Origin: an uncultured Pelagibacteraceae bacterium
Lineage (GTDB): Bacteria > Pseudomonadota > Alphaproteobacteria > Pelagibacterales > Pelagibacteraceae
Direction of reading: 5' to 3'
DNA: 64,000 bases
Assembly (NCBI GenBank): GCA_902624015.1
Contig: CACNVV010000002.1
Span: forward strand, 25,325 to 89,324
Made by a program: the position numbers and the translations under genes. The notes under the pieces are model-generated. The model searched no databases. It had not been told where the DNA came from and saw nothing but the letters and a program-made list of their open reading frames with translations. The stretch's first letter is position 1, and every line of letters begins with the position of its first letter. Positions 21,004-32,822 of this stretch are shown here, piece after piece.

Positions 21004-21042
21004 ATGTTAACTTATTACTAAAGTTTTATTTTTCAAGAAAAA

Positions 21043-21774
21043 TTATTTAAATTTTTTAACCAGATTTTTACTAATAATTAAACATTCTTTATCTATAATT
21101 CCATTTATTAACTCTTGCCTAAATCGCCTTTGAAAAGAACTTGTAAGTATTTTGGAGTATTTTTTATATTTTTTATTTAAATCCTTTGAATAACCAATTT
21201 TGTATAAATTTTGAATAAATAAATTCTCCTCTAATTTACTTATTTTGTGATTTCTATATTTTAGTATACTTTTTTGATTTAAGTTATACCAGTAGCCGAT
21301 CTTTTTTTTTGATAAATAAAACCATGGAAATTTCTCTCCAGGATCTTTTTTTCTATCTGGTGAAATATCTGAATGACCTAAGATATATTTTGATTTAATT
21401 TTATATTTTTTGATTAAAAATTTACTTATATTTAAAATTGAATTCATTTGTTTTTGATTAAAGTTTTCATATTTAAAGTTATGACCAGTGTTACTTATCT
21501 CTATGCCTATAGAGTATTTATTAATTGATCTATAATTTTTCCAGATTGATATTCCTGCATGCCAAGCTATATATAAATCTGGAACTAATGTTAATATTTC
21601 TCCATTTTTTTTTATTAAATAATGACTGCTTACTTTTGATTTAGCACTGGTCAATCTATTAATTGAGTCTCTCTCATTTTTCATACCCGTATAATGAAAA
21701 ATAATAAATTTAATCTGATTTTTTTTTCTCTTTTTTTTATCAAAATTTGGTGAGTAATTAAAAATTGTGTCCAT
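21043..21774 (-). CDS. N-acetylmuramoyl-L-alanine amidase (Amidase_2, AmiD/AmpD-like)
   Basis: HYTGM, VSSHY, AWHAG, IGIE, GHSDI..RK.DPG; C-terminal FQRRFR. Confidence 0.92.
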   Translation of the reverse strand: MDTIFNYSPNFDKKKRKKNQIKFIIFHYTGMKNERDSINRLTSAKSKVSSHYLIKKNGEILTLVPDLYIAWHAGISIWKNYRSINKYSIGIEISNTGHNFKYENFNQKQMNSILNISKFLIKKYKIKSKYILGHSDISPDRKKDPGEKFPWFYLSKKKIGYWYNLNQKSILKYRNHKISKLEENLFIQNLYKIGYSKDLNKKYKKYSKILTSSFQRRFRQELINGIIDKECLIISKNLVKKFK

Positions 21775-21878
21775 AATTATTCTTGGTATTAATTTTGGCT
21801 ATTTATAAACACTTTATCGACATTATTTTACATTAAATGTTATTTTACAAATAAGAGCTATTTAATATATAATTAATT

Positions 21879-22679
21879 ATGTTCAAAAAATTATCAATAT
21901 CAATAATTTTCATTTTTTTATTTGCATTTAATGCAAACGCTGGATCTGATGGTCAATTAGAGTTTAAAAAAAACAATGGAGAAAAAGAGGTAAAAGATTG
22001 TTTTGAAAAACTAAATAGAATTACTTTCTCATTTAATCAAGGTTTAGATAAAGCTGTAATAAAACCAATTGCAAAAGGCTACAGAAAATTACCTGACCCA
22101 ATTCAAAAAGGTACAAATAATGCAGTTAAAAATTTATCGAGTTTAATTACAATTCCAAATAATATTTTGCAAGGAGATGTAAAAACAGCAATTATTAATA
22201 CTGCTAGATTAGCTGTTAACACAACAATTGGATTATTGGGAACTGTTGATGTTGCTAATAAAATGGGTTTTCCAAAATATATAATGGAAGATTATGGTCA
22301 AACTTTAGGCTCGTGGGGCGTAGGACCTGGTTGTTATGTAGTCCTTCCAGTTTTAGGACCTTCAACTGTAAGAGATACAGCTGGATCTTTTGCAAATATA
22401 TTAGGTGGAGACCCTTGGTATAATGCTTCTGTACATGGTAATAATGAATTTTTAAGTGATAAAGTTTATATTACATCTAAAGCTTTAAGTGGTATTGATT
22501 TTAGAGCAAATAATATTGAATCTTTTGACAATCTTGAAAAGAATTCTATAGACTTTTATGCGTCTTTAAGAAGTCTATACTTGCAAGATAGAGAAAATAA
22601 AATTAAGAATAATCAAAGAGGAAGTATTGAAGTTCTATATAAGGATGAAGAAGACTGGGAAGAAATAGACAACAAATAA
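21879..22679 (+). CDS. mlaA: MlaA/VacJ family protein
   Basis: FEKLNR..F.FN, NTTIG..G..D, EDYGQTLG.WG, LPVLGPSTVRD. Confidence 0.93.
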   Translation: MFKKLSISIIFIFLFAFNANAGSDGQLEFKKNNGEKEVKDCFEKLNRITFSFNQGLDKAVIKPIAKGYRKLPDPIQKGTNNAVKNLSSLITIPNNILQGDVKTAIINTARLAVNTTIGLLGTVDVANKMGFPKYIMEDYGQTLGSWGVGPGCYVVLPVLGPSTVRDTAGSFANILGGDPWYNASVHGNNEFLSDKVYITSKALSGIDFRANNIESFDNLEKNSIDFYASLRSLYLQDRENKIKNNQRGSIEVLYKDEEDWEEIDNK

Positions 22680-22697
22680 TCTTTAATAAAATTATTT

Positions 22698-23288
22698 ATG
22701 CATATAAAAAAAATTTTTTTAATATTTTTTATATTTAATCTTACAAATACACATCTATATTCTATGGAGCCACAAGTGTTTGTTCAATCAACTGTGAACC
22801 GAGCTTCACAAATTCTTTCAAAAAATATTTCGAAAGAAAATAAAATAAACGAATTAAAAACTATAGCTAAAGAAACTGTAGATATAAGAGGAGTAGGATA
22901 TTATTCACTAGGATCAGTTAGGAAAAATTTAAATGATAGTCAAAAAAAACTGTACTTTAATTTATTTGAAGATTATTTTTTAAAGAGTTTTTCTAGTAGA
23001 TTGTCTGAATATACTAATCCTAAAATAGAAGTTTATGGTAAAGAAATTTTAAATAAAAATTATACGATTGTTAATAGTCTTCTTATTGCAACATCAGAAA
23101 GACCAGAAGTTAAAATTGATTGGAGAGTATATACAAAAAACCCTGATAATCCTTTAATTAGAGATCTTATTATTGAAGGTCTTAGTTTAGCCAGAACCCA
23201 AAAAGAGGAGTTCATATCAATTATAAACTCTAACAATGGTGATATAAACGCACTGTTCAAAACATTAGAAGAATTTTCAAAAAAATAA
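22698..23288 (+). CDS. mlaC: MlaC/Ttg2D phospholipid-binding protein
   Basis: Signal peptide; IDWRV...IRDLIIEGLSL..TQKEEF; adjacent to mlaA. Confidence 0.88.
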   Translation: MHIKKIFLIFFIFNLTNTHLYSMEPQVFVQSTVNRASQILSKNISKENKINELKTIAKETVDIRGVGYYSLGSVRKNLNDSQKKLYFNLFEDYFLKSFSSRLSEYTNPKIEVYGKEILNKNYTIVNSLLIATSERPEVKIDWRVYTKNPDNPLIRDLIIEGLSLARTQKEEFISIINSNNGDINALFKTLEEFSKK

Positions 23289-23292
23289 TTTT

Positions 23293-23369
23293 TGGTGGGC
23301 CCGCCAGGACTCGAACCTGGGACCAATACATTATGAGTGTACTGCTCTAACCAACTGAGCTACAGGCCC
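23293..23369 (-). tRNA. tRNA with CAU anticodon, most likely tRNA-Ile2 (lysidine type)
   Basis: GGGCCTGTAGCTCAGTTGGTTAGAGC...CTCATAA...GGTTCGAGTCC...CGGGCCCACCA. Paired G1-C72 and no GGG/CCC anticodon stem exclude the initiator; acceptor stem is Ile-like. Confidence 0.85.
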
Positions 23370-23428
23370 AAAACTTACACGTAGTTATATCATTTTTTTG
23401 AAGTTATCAATTAAAGATAATCTAATAA

Positions 23429-23503
23429 TGGTGGGCCGTGTTGGTTACGCTCCAACTACCCCTGCAATGTCAATGCAGTACTCTACTATTGAGCTAACGG
23501 CCC
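23429..23503 (-). tRNA. tRNA-Val(GAC) with non-canonical T- and D-loops
   Basis: Full cloverleaf: GGGCCGT/ACGGCCC, GCTC/GAGT, CTGCA-TTGACAT-TGCAG, GTTGG-AGCGTAA-CCAAC, ending ACCA. Confidence 0.88.
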
Positions 23504-23507
23504 AGAA

Positions 23508-25331
23508 CTAACTTTCTAGAAAACTTTTTAGTTGTTTAGACCTACTGGGATGTTTTAATTTTCTTAAAGCCTTAGCTTCTATTTGTCTTATTCTTTCTCT
23601 GGTTACAGAAAACTGCAATCCTACCTCTTCAAGTGTATGGTCTGTATTCATTCCTACTCCAAATCTCATTCTTAAAACTCTTTCCTCTCTGGGAGTAAGA
23701 GTAGATAGTATTTTAGTAGTAGCCTCCCCAAGGTTTGATTTAATCGCTTGTTCTAGTGGTGCTAAAGCTTTTGTGTCCTCTATGAAATCTCCTAAACTAC
23801 TATCTTCTTCGTCACCAACTGGTTTTTCTAAAGATACTGGTTCCTTTGAAATTTTTAATACTTTTCTTACCTTGTCCAAAGGCATTCTGAGTTTTTGAGC
23901 TAATTCTTCAGGAGTTGCTTCTCTTCCAAACTCACTTAATATTAGTCTTTGGGTCCTAACAATTTTATTTATTGTCTCTATCATATGTACTGGTATACGA
24001 ATTGTTCTTGCTTGGTCTGCAATAGATCTAGTTATTGCCTGTCTTATCCACCATGTAGCATATGTTGAAAACTTATATCCTCTTCTGTACTCGAATTTAT
24101 CAACAGCTTTCATTAAACCAATGTTTCCTTCTTGGATTAAATCTAAAAATTGAAGACCTCTATTGGTATATTTTTTTGCTATAGAAATAACTAATCTTAA
24201 ATTTGCTTCGACCATCTCCTTTTTGGCTATTCTAGATTCTTTCTCACCTTTTTGAATTCGACTAACTAATTTTTTGAACTCCGTTACTGAAATTCCAAGT
24301 TTGTAGCTAATTTCTACTAATCTCTCTCTAATATTTTTAAACTCATTTTTATATTTAGAAAAAAATTGTTTCCAAACTACATTTGTATCTAAAAATTTTT
24401 TTAAATTTGGATTAATTTCATTACCTACATAAAATTTAATAAATTCATTTCTTTGAATTTTGTGATCTAATGCCAATCTTAAAAGATTACCCTCTAAAGA
24501 GATAATTTTTTTATTTTCAACATAATGTTTTTGAACTAATTCCTCTAAAACAGATGGAGATAATTGAAGTGATTTAATATTTTCTAAAATGTCACCAACT
24601 ATTTTCTCATATCCTTTCTCCTTGGATGTAGAAAAGCTTTGAGAATTTAGAACACACTCTAATCTATCTTTTTGGTATTTTATGAGTTTTGTATATTCTT
24701 TAGTAAGAGTATTTATGGTTTTTAAAACTTTTGGTTTAATTTCTGTTTCCATGGCTGCAAGAGTGGGATTAAAATCATCGTCTTCATCAGATGAACCTTC
24801 ATCTTTATCAGCATCACCAGAATTTTTCTGCTTTGCGCTAGGACCTGTTGTTTCATCTTCCATATAGTTTGTATCAATGTCAATTATTTCTCTGACTAAA
24901 ATTTCATCTTTTTGTAATTTTTCATTCCATTCAAAAAATTGTTGTGCAGTAATTGGACTTTGTGCAAGTGCAATTAACATTACATCTTTTCCAGCTTCTA
25001 TTCTTTTTGCAATTGCTATTTCACCTTCTCTAGATAAAAGTTCGACACCTCCCATCTCCCTTAAGTACATTCTTATAGGGTCATCACTTTTTTCAATTGT
25101 TTTACCTTCCTCTTTATTTGAATTTTCTTTTTTTCTAAGAATTTTAAAATCTGATTTTTTTTCTACTAAAGTTATTTTTTCATCTAAAATATGAATAAAA
25201 GCTTGAGCTAAATTTTCATCTGATAAATTTCTTTTTCCCAATGATTTATTTAATTCTTCATATGTAATAAATCCTCTATGAGTCCCACGGCCCATTAATC
25301 TTGCAAATGATTTTGTAATAATTCTTTCCAC
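23508..25331 (-). CDS. rpoD: Primary sigma factor RpoD
   Basis: [53 protein letters not shown]; GTG start. Confidence 0.98.
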   Translation of the reverse strand: MERIITKSFARLMGRGTHRGFITYEELNKSLGKRNLSDENLAQAFIHILDEKITLVEKKSDFKILRKKENSNKEEGKTIEKSDDPIRMYLREMGGVELLSREGEIAIAKRIEAGKDVMLIALAQSPITAQQFFEWNEKLQKDEILVREIIDIDTNYMEDETTGPSAKQKNSGDADKDEGSSDEDDDFNPTLAAMETEIKPKVLKTINTLTKEYTKLIKYQKDRLECVLNSQSFSTSKEKGYEKIVGDILENIKSLQLSPSVLEELVQKHYVENKKIISLEGNLLRLALDHKIQRNEFIKFYVGNEINPNLKKFLDTNVVWKQFFSKYKNEFKNIRERLVEISYKLGISVTEFKKLVSRIQKGEKESRIAKKEMVEANLRLVISIAKKYTNRGLQFLDLIQEGNIGLMKAVDKFEYRRGYKFSTYATWWIRQAITRSIADQARTIRIPVHMIETINKIVRTQRLILSEFGREATPEELAQKLRMPLDKVRKVLKISKEPVSLEKPVGDEEDSSLGDFIEDTKALAPLEQAIKSNLGEATTKILSTLTPREERVLRMRFGVGMNTDHTLEEVGLQFSVTRERIRQIEAKALRKLKHPSRSKQLKSFLES

Positions 25332-25398
25332 GATAATTTGAGTTTAGAGGTCTTATATAATGTCAATTATACAAAAATCTATTAATAATTTAGTCAGT

Positions 25399-27174
25399 TT
25401 AATTGAGATTCTGCTTTTTTTTGAGCTCTTTTAACTCATTAAATGTGGACTCGCTCATATCTACAGAAAACTTCGATTCTAATTCCTGGATTCTGAACTC
25501 AAGATCGTAATTCATCAAATCTCTAGAAATGTCCTCTAATAATTCGATTACTTTTTGATCGTCATCAGATTGATTATTTAGGATATGTTTGATTGGAGCA
25601 AATTTGTTTATTTTTTCTAATAATTGATTATCTAAGTCAAGATCTTGAGTTGTTATTTGTGAACCAGATTTCAATTTTTCAATAATCATTTCAAATATTT
25701 TTTTATTAAACTCAGTAAATAATTTAATATTTTCAATCAAATGAATATTTGCTTGTAACAAATCTAATTTATTTATGACCAGATATAATAAAGAAAACTC
25801 TTTTAATTCAACTCCCGTCAAAGACTGACTTTCTTTAAAATATTTTTTTGTACTCTCTAAAGATTTTGTTTTTTTTGTATAAAATCTTTTATTATTTTGG
25901 TTAGAATGTGGTGTTAACTCAGAAATTTTTTCTAAAAAATATTCTAAAACATATTTTTTTATAAAATCATCTTTAATTGTATTTGCAATTGCTCTAAGTT
26001 TTTTCTCAAAAATAGCCATTGACGAAGGATTATTTTTAGTTTGTTTTTTATAATGACTAAAAATAAATTGATGAATTGATAATTTGCTCTGCTTTGTAAA
26101 ATCTATAAAATCAGATTTTCCATTTTTTTTTACATAGCTATCAGGATCTTCTTTATCTGGTAAAAATAAAAAAGAAATTTGTTTCTCTGGCCTTAGTTCC
26201 TTTATTGAATTTTCAGCAGCTCTAACAGCAGCTTTATATCCACTTTCATCACCATCAAAACATATTATTATATCATCAAAAAATTGGTTTAAAGTCAAAA
26301 TTTGCTTGTCGGTTAAAGACGTACCAAGATTTGCTACCGCATTATCTATTCCATTTTTACTTAGACCTACTACATCCATATATCCTTCAACTAGATATAT
26401 CTGATCAACTTTATTAGAAAGTTTTCTTGCTAAATCTAAATTATATAAATTTGATCCCTTTTTAAAAAAGTTTGTTTCAGGTGAATTTATATATTTAGCT
26501 AAGTAATCTAAATTTTCTATTATTCTTCCACCTAGTGCTATTGGTTGACCTGAAATATTATTGATTGGAAATATTAATCGACCTCTAAATCTTTCTAAAT
26601 AAATTTTTTTTTTCTCGTCTAAGTAAAATAAACCAGTTTCTACTAAAGTTTGTTCACTATAATCTTGTTTTAATTTTTCAAATAAATTTGGATTTTTTTC
26701 TATGTATCCTATCTTAAACTTTTTAACTTCATCTTTACCTAATGATCTATTTTTTAAATAATCTCTAGCAATAGAATAATTTTCATTTTTTAAAAGTTCA
26801 TTGTGATAAAATTCAACATAATGACTAAAAATAGATTTATACTCATTCCACTTTTTTTCTCTTTCTTCATCTTGTTTAGAAAACATATAGGGCTGCATAC
26901 CTGCTAATTGAGCTAAATATTTAACGGCTTCTCCAAATTTTAAATTTTGAGTTTTCATCACAAAATCAAAAATATTGCCGTGTTCAGAAGTTGCGAAACA
27001 ATGATAAAATTCTTTTTCATCATTCACAGTAAATGAGGGTGTTTTTTCATTTTTGAAAGGTGATAAACCTACAAATTCTTTACCTCTTTTTTTTAAGGAA
27101 ACAGTTTTTGATACTACTGTTGAAACTTTGAGTCTGTTCTTAATTTCATCAAGATACTCTTTTGGATATTTCAT
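25399..27174 (-). CDS. dnaG: DNA primase
   Basis: EKTPSF, KYINSPET, VEGYMDV, CFDGDESG (TOPRIM), EDPD. Confidence 0.97.
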   Translation of the reverse strand: MKYPKEYLDEIKNRLKVSTVVSKTVSLKKRGKEFVGLSPFKNEKTPSFTVNDEKEFYHCFATSEHGNIFDFVMKTQNLKFGEAVKYLAQLAGMQPYMFSKQDEEREKKWNEYKSIFSHYVEFYHNELLKNENYSIARDYLKNRSLGKDEVKKFKIGYIEKNPNLFEKLKQDYSEQTLVETGLFYLDEKKKIYLERFRGRLIFPINNISGQPIALGGRIIENLDYLAKYINSPETNFFKKGSNLYNLDLARKLSNKVDQIYLVEGYMDVVGLSKNGIDNAVANLGTSLTDKQILTLNQFFDDIIICFDGDESGYKAAVRAAENSIKELRPEKQISFLFLPDKEDPDSYVKKNGKSDFIDFTKQSKLSIHQFIFSHYKKQTKNNPSSMAIFEKKLRAIANTIKDDFIKKYVLEYFLEKISELTPHSNQNNKRFYTKKTKSLESTKKYFKESQSLTGVELKEFSLLYLVINKLDLLQANIHLIENIKLFTEFNKKIFEMIIEKLKSGSQITTQDLDLDNQLLEKINKFAPIKHILNNQSDDDQKVIELLEDISRDLMNYDLEFRIQELESKFSVDMSESTFNELKELKKKQNLN

Positions 27175-27635
27175 TATTTATTCAACAATTCTTTTATTAA
27201 TGATCCTGCTTTTGAAAAATCAATTTCGTCTGCATGAGTTTTTTTAAGCTCACCCATAACTTTTCCCATATCTTTCAATGAATTTGCTTCAATTTTCGTA
27301 ATAACATCTTCACAAATTTTCTTAGTTTCCTCCACACTAAGTTGCTTTGGTAAAAAACTTGTTAAAATATCATATTCATTTTGCTCAACCTCTAAAAGAT
27401 CTGTTCTATTATTTTTTTTATAAATATCGATCGATTCGGCTCGTTGTTTAACCATTTTTTTTAGAAGTTTTTTAATGTCCTCATCATCAGTTTCTTTTTT
27501 GTTAGGGCCTGATCTATTAACAATGTCCAAATCCTTAATAGAAGATAATATTAACCTATAGGTTGATATTTTATTTTTATCTTTAGATTTTAAAGCATTT
27601 TTATATTCGTTTTCGATGGTCTGTTTTAATGACAT
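27174..27635 (-). CDS. GatB/YqeY domain protein
   Basis: KQR.ES..Y, LPKQLS, DMGKVMG. Confidence 0.92.
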   Translation of the reverse strand: MSLKQTIENEYKNALKSKDKNKISTYRLILSSIKDLDIVNRSGPNKKETDDEDIKKLLKKMVKQRAESIDIYKKNNRTDLLEVEQNEYDILTSFLPKQLSVEETKKICEDVITKIEANSLKDMGKVMGELKKTHADEIDFSKAGSLIKELLNK

Positions 27636-27761
27636 AATTTTTTAATCTACTTTAAAGAAAAAATTCTTCAAAAGAAAAATTGTTTTTTTACAATTTTATA
27701 TTACATCTCTGTTGCGATAATAAAGCAATTATTGTATTAACCTTTAACTCATGAGTTGTAA

Positions 27762-28958
27762 TTGAACAAAAAATCAAAAAAAACTAACTCAAAAATAAAA
27801 TCTGAAATCAATACAGGCGTTTTAGTTCTCGAAAATAAAAAGGTATTCAAAGGAATTGGAATTGGTTACCAGGGAGATGCCACTGGCGAAGTTTGCTTTA
27901 ATACATCATTAACAGGCTATCAAGAAATTATCTCTGATCCGTCATATGCAGGTCAAATTATTAACTTTACCTTTCCCCATATTGGAAATGTTGGAACCAA
28001 TAAAGAAGATCATGAATCTGATAAAATATGGGCCAGAGGAGTGATAATCAATTCTGAAATAACTTCACCCTCAAATTACAGATCATTCCTACATTTAGAT
28101 ACTTGGCTAAAAAAAAATAAAATTGTTGGAATTACTGGCTTAGACACCAGAAGCCTAACAAACTTTATAAGAGACAAAGGTGCCCCTAAAGGTACTATTA
28201 GTTATTCAAAAAAAGGAAAATTTAATATTAATAAATTGACCAACTCTACAATAAAATGGAGTGGATTAAAAAATCTTGATCTTGCAGAAGTAGTTTCAAC
28301 CCAAAAAAATTATATTTGGAAAGGTCTTAAAACATGGAAAAAAAAACATGGATATAAAAAAAATAATAAGAACTCATTTCATGTTGTTGCAATTGATTAT
28401 GGAATTAAAAAAAACATCTTAAGATATTTCTCTGACTTCAACTGTAAAGTTACAGTTGTCTCCTGTAAAACTAATGCCAACAAAATTTTAGCTTTAAAAC
28501 CAAATGGAATATTTTTATCAAATGGTCCTGGTGATCCAGCTGCAACAGGAAAATATGCTATAGAAATTATTAAAGATCTAATTAAAAAAAATTTACCAAT
28601 ATTTGGTATTTGTTTGGGTCATCAAATTTTAGCATTGGCATTAGGTGGTAAAACAAAGAAAATGAAACTTGGTCATAGAGGAGCAAATCACCCTGTTAAA
28701 AATTTAATTCATGACAATGTCGAGATAACAAGTCAAAACCATGGATTTGAGGTAGTTAAAGAAACATTACCAAAAAATATTGAGGTCACACATAAATCTT
28801 TATTTGATAATAGTATTGAAGGTATCAAACTAAAAAATAAACCAGTCTTTTCAGTTCAATATCATCCAGAGTCTAATCCAGGACCTCAAGATAGCGTTTA
28901 TTTGTTTCAAGAATTTATTAACAACATGAAAAAAAATGCCAAAAAGAAAAGATATTAA
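27762..28958 (+). CDS. carA: Carbamoyl-phosphate synthase small subunit
   Basis: [29 protein letters not shown]; TTG start. Confidence 0.98.
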   Translation: MNKKSKKTNSKIKSEINTGVLVLENKKVFKGIGIGYQGDATGEVCFNTSLTGYQEIISDPSYAGQIINFTFPHIGNVGTNKEDHESDKIWARGVIINSEITSPSNYRSFLHLDTWLKKNKIVGITGLDTRSLTNFIRDKGAPKGTISYSKKGKFNINKLTNSTIKWSGLKNLDLAEVVSTQKNYIWKGLKTWKKKHGYKKNNKNSFHVVAIDYGIKKNILRYFSDFNCKVTVVSCKTNANKILALKPNGIFLSNGPGDPAATGKYAIEIIKDLIKKNLPIFGICLGHQILALALGGKTKKMKLGHRGANHPVKNLIHDNVEITSQNHGFEVVKETLPKNIEVTHKSLFDNSIEGIKLKNKPVFSVQYHPESNPGPQDSVYLFQEFINNMKKNAKKKRY

Positions 28959-31900
28959 AAAAATATTAGTTGTAGGAGCTGGTCCAATAATTATAGGACA
29001 AGCGTGTGAATTTGATTATTCAGGGACACAAGCATGTAAAGCACTTAAAGATGAGGGCTATAAAGTAGTTTTAATAAACTCAAACCCTGCAACGATTATG
29101 ACTGATCCAGATGTTGCGGATAAAACTTATATTGAACCAATTACACTAAATGTTTTAGAAAAAATTCTCAGAAAAGAAAAACCCGATGCAATTCTTCCAA
29201 CAATGGGAGGGCAAACTGCGCTTAACCTTGCAATGGAAGCAGAGAAAAAAGGAATTCTAAAAAAATACAAAATTGAGTTGATAGGAGCAAATTCTAAAGC
29301 AATTTCTAATGCCGAGGATAGAAAGAAATTTAGAAAAAATATGATAGATATTGGTTTAGATTTACCAAAATCAGAAATCGTAAATAATAATAATCAAGCA
29401 TCAAAAGTATTAAAAAAAATTGGTTTACCTGCAATTATAAGACCTGCTTTTACACTTGGTGGGCTTGGTGGGGGAATAGCCAAAACTAGAAAAGATTATT
29501 TTAAGATTGTTAAAAATGGATTACATGAATCTCCAGTAAGCCAAGTTCTTGTAGAGGAATGTTTAGAAGGTTGGAAAGAATTTGAGATGGAGGTTGTAAG
29601 AGATAAGAAAGATAACTGTATCATCATTTGCTCGATTGAAAATATAGATCCAATGGGAATTCATACGGGAGACTCAGTAACAATTGCACCAGCTCTTACA
29701 CTTACTGATAAAGAATACCAAGTAATGAGAAATGCATCTATTGCATGTTTACGAAAAATTGGAGTTGAAACTGGAGGATCAAATGTTCAGTTTGCTATCA
29801 ATCCTAAAAATGGTCGAATGGTTGTCATTGAAATGAATCCACGTGTATCAAGATCTTCAGCACTTGCATCAAAAGCAACTGGATTTCCAATTGCGAAAGT
29901 AGCTGCAAAATTAGCGGTTGGTTATACTCTAGATGAACTAAAAAATGAAATAACTAAAGTTACTCCTGCATCATTTGAACCAAGTATAGATTATGTAGTG
30001 ACTAAAATTCCAAGATTTACATTTGAAAAATTTTCTACTTCTCCTGCAACTTTAGGGACATCAATGAAATCAGTAGGTGAAGCAATGGCTATTGGAAGAA
30101 ACTTTAAAGAATCTTTACAAAAGGCGCTAGTATCTCTTGAAACTGGTTTTTCAGGTTTAGACAGAATTTTTGATTTAAATAAAAAGCAAATTGAAAAGAA
30201 GCTTAAAGAAAATATCCCAAATAAAATATTACTGGTTGCTGAAGCAATTAGAAAAAAAATAAACTTAAAGAAAATATATAATTTATCCAAAATTGATCTT
30301 TGGTTTTTAGAACAAATTAAAGAGATAGTCGATTGTGAAAAACAAATAAAAACTAAAGGACTTCCCAGGGATTTTGCAGAATTCAATAGAATAAAATCAA
30401 TAGGATTTTCAGATAAAAAACTTTCGGAATTAACTAAAACGTCTGAAGAAATTATCAGAAGAAAAAGATCAGCGCTTAAAATACTTCCAGTTTATAAAAA
30501 AGTAGATACTTGTGCAGCTGAATTCAAATCGTTTACGCCTTATATGTATTCAACATATCAAAGAAACTTTTCAATTAACTCAGAATGTGAAGCAGATCCA
30601 TCTAATAAAAAAAAAATAATTATTCTTGGAGGAGGACCAAATAGAATTGGTCAAGGAATTGAGTTTGATTATTGCTGTTGTCAGGCAAGTTTTTCATTAA
30701 AAGATGCGGGTTTTGAGACTATTATGGTTAATTGTAACCCTGAAACAGTATCAACAGACTATGATACTAGTGATCGATTATACTTTGAACCTTTAAAAGA
30801 AGAATATGTTTTTAACATAATTAAAAAAGAACAAGAAAAAGGAAATCTGATAGGAGTAATAGCTCAGTTTGGAGGCCAAACTCCGATTAAGCTTGCTAAA
30901 TTTTTGCACGATAACAAGCTTCCAATTTTAGGAACTCAATATACTTCTATCGATTTAGCAGAGGATAGAGATAGATTTAGAAATTTATTAAATAAATTAA
31001 AACTAAAACAAGCAGAAAGTGGGATTGCAAAAACATTTAATCAGGCAATAAAAATTGCAGACAAAATAGGATTACCATTAATGGTAAGACCATCATATGT
31101 TCTAGGTGGAAGAGCAATGGAAATTGTTCATGAAAAAAATCAGCTTAAAAAATTTGTTGAAGAAGCGTTTAAAGCTGCAGAAGAAAATCCAATTTTGATT
31201 GATAAATTTATCGATCATGCAATGGAAGTAGATGTGGATGCCATATCAGATGGGAAACAGGTTCACGTTGCAGGAATTATGCAACATATCGAAGAAGCTG
31301 GAATTCATTCAGGAGATTCGGCGTGTAGCCTACCTCCAGTTTCAATAAAACCATATCTTCTTAAAGAAATTGAAAATCAAACAAAAAAATTAGCAATAGC
31401 TTTAAATGTCAAAGGTTTCATGAATATACAGTTTGCAATTAAAAAAGATGAAATTTATGTGATTGAGGTAAATCCTAGAGCGAGTCGAACAGTACCTTTT
31501 GTGTCAAAAGCTAAAGGATTGCCCCTAGCTAAAATTGCATCAAGAGTAATGGCTGGTGAAAAGTTATCTAAGTTTAATTTAAAAGATAAATCTAAAGGTA
31601 TGTACGCAGTTAAAGAAGCTGTATTTCCATTTAATAAATTTCCCAACAGTGACTTATTGTTAGGGCCTGAGATGAAGTCGACAGGAGAAGTTATGGGATT
31701 TGATAAAAATTTTGGAATGGCTTTTGCCAAAAGTCAAATCGCAGCAGCTAACTCATTACCAAAACAAGGACTAGCTTTTATATCTCTCAAAGATAGTCAC
31801 AAAGATGAAGGAATAGATTTAGCTAAAGAACTCCTTAAACTTAAGTTCAAATTATGTGCAACTAGAGGAACCGCAGAATATATTCGAAAGCATGGGATGA

Positions 31901-32160
31901 AATGTAAAATTATAAATAAAGTAAGCACTGGCTCGCCTCACATAGTAGATGTTTTAGACTCTAAAAAAATAGCATTAGTAATAAATACTGGAGGTGGAAA
32001 TAGTGAACATAGATTAAGCGATGCAATAGCTTTAAGAAGAGCAACGCTTAAGAATAAAGTTCCTTATTGCACTAATATGTCCACAGCTCAGGCATGTTTA
32101 GAGGCGATTAGATCGCTAAAAACAAAAAAATTAGAAGTGACTTCTCTTCAGGACGTTTAA
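28936..32160 (+). CDS. carB: Carbamoyl-phosphate synthase large subunit
   Basis: [16 protein letters not shown], two ATP-grasp domains, MGS domain. Confidence 0.99.
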   Translation: MPKRKDIKKILVVGAGPIIIGQACEFDYSGTQACKALKDEGYKVVLINSNPATIMTDPDVADKTYIEPITLNVLEKILRKEKPDAILPTMGGQTALNLAMEAEKKGILKKYKIELIGANSKAISNAEDRKKFRKNMIDIGLDLPKSEIVNNNNQASKVLKKIGLPAIIRPAFTLGGLGGGIAKTRKDYFKIVKNGLHESPVSQVLVEECLEGWKEFEMEVVRDKKDNCIIICSIENIDPMGIHTGDSVTIAPALTLTDKEYQVMRNASIACLRKIGVETGGSNVQFAINPKNGRMVVIEMNPRVSRSSALASKATGFPIAKVAAKLAVGYTLDELKNEITKVTPASFEPSIDYVVTKIPRFTFEKFSTSPATLGTSMKSVGEAMAIGRNFKESLQKALVSLETGFSGLDRIFDLNKKQIEKKLKENIPNKILLVAEAIRKKINLKKIYNLSKIDLWFLEQIKEIVDCEKQIKTKGLPRDFAEFNRIKSIGFSDKKLSELTKTSEEIIRRKRSALKILPVYKKVDTCAAEFKSFTPYMYSTYQRNFSINSECEADPSNKKKIIILGGGPNRIGQGIEFDYCCCQASFSLKDAGFETIMVNCNPETVSTDYDTSDRLYFEPLKEEYVFNIIKKEQEKGNLIGVIAQFGGQTPIKLAKFLHDNKLPILGTQYTSIDLAEDRDRFRNLLNKLKLKQAESGIAKTFNQAIKIADKIGLPLMVRPSYVLGGRAMEIVHEKNQLKKFVEEAFKAAEENPILIDKFIDHAMEVDVDAISDGKQVHVAGIMQHIEEAGIHSGDSACSLPPVSIKPYLLKEIENQTKKLAIALNVKGFMNIQFAIKKDEIYVIEVNPRASRTVPFVSKAKGLPLAKIASRVMAGEKLSKFNLKDKSKGMYAVKEAVFPFNKFPNSDLLLGPEMKSTGEVMGFDKNFGMAFAKSQIAAANSLPKQGLAFISLKDSHKDEGIDLAKELLKLKFKLCATRGTAEYIRKHGMKCKIINKVSTGSPHIVDVLDSKKIALVINTGGGNSEHRLSDAIALRRATLKNKVPYCTNMSTAQACLEAIRSLKTKKLEVTSLQDV

Positions 32161-32822
32161 GAATTTACTTTCCAATCAGTTTCAAAGGTAACATAATTTA
32201 CTTGAATACATCGTCTTTCTTTAACGATCTTTTTCTTCTCCATCCCATGCCAAGTGTTTGGTCCGCTGGTAAAAAGATAACCATAATTATGTTTGTAAGG
32301 AAGTGTCTTAACCTTTTCTAATTTTTCATTATAAAAATCAGTTCCTAAATCTTCAGACTCATTTGTTTTATTAACAAATATTAAGCCTGACATAAGTTTT
32401 TCTTTTATATCGCAATGAGGTTTTAACCAAAAACCCTCTCGGTCACATATAACCTCGACCCTGACATAGGAATTAGATAAATCTTTATTTATCATTTTAG
32501 AAATTGTTTCATATGTTTCTTTAGATTGAAGTTCATTTATAAATTTTACTAAATTTGGAAATTGAGATGAGTTTTCTTTATTAACAAAACATCTAAACTT
32601 TATCGCTTGTCCGCCTGAAGCTATACCTTGTCTAAATTCTGCAGCTCCACCATCTATTGCTCTTGTTCCATCATAATTAAGATTATGTTTACTTACATCA
32701 GGAATGTCAGCTTTAACTATTTCGTCAATTGCTCCTTCTGACAAAGCATCACTATACTCCCAATGATTAAAAGGGAAACTATGTTCTTTTGAATTATTTT
32801 TAATTGAATTTAAAAATGACAT
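32157..32822 (-). CDS. 2OG-Fe(II) oxygenase superfamily protein, unknown substrate
   Basis: HxD (PHCD), distal H (TWHG) and downstream R (ERRCIQVNY), typical of the DSBH facial triad and 2OG-binding Arg. Confidence 0.75.
   Translation of the reverse strand: MSFLNSIKNNSKEHSFPFNHWEYSDALSEGAIDEIVKADIPDVSKHNLNYDGTRAIDGGAAEFRQGIASGGQAIKFRCFVNKENSSQFPNLVKFINELQSKETYETISKMINKDLSNSYVRVEVICDREGFWLKPHCDIKEKLMSGLIFVNKTNESEDLGTDFYNEKLEKVKTLPYKHNYGYLFTSGPNTWHGMEKKKIVKERRCIQVNYVTFETDWKVNS

Noticed and set aside
23060-23326. 88-aa minus-strand ORF starting MVPGSSPGGPT
   Set aside because: It is the translation of the tRNA-Ile T-arm plus antisense mlaC
23289-23428. tRNA 3' ends as integration sites
   Set aside because: No duplicated tRNA 3' fragment, integrase or foreign DNA next to any of the three tRNAs
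25341-25366. TTGACA...TAAACT upstream of rpoD as a sigma70 promoter
   Set aside because: Spacer is only 14 nt; an RpoH-type reading is possible but not supportable by eye
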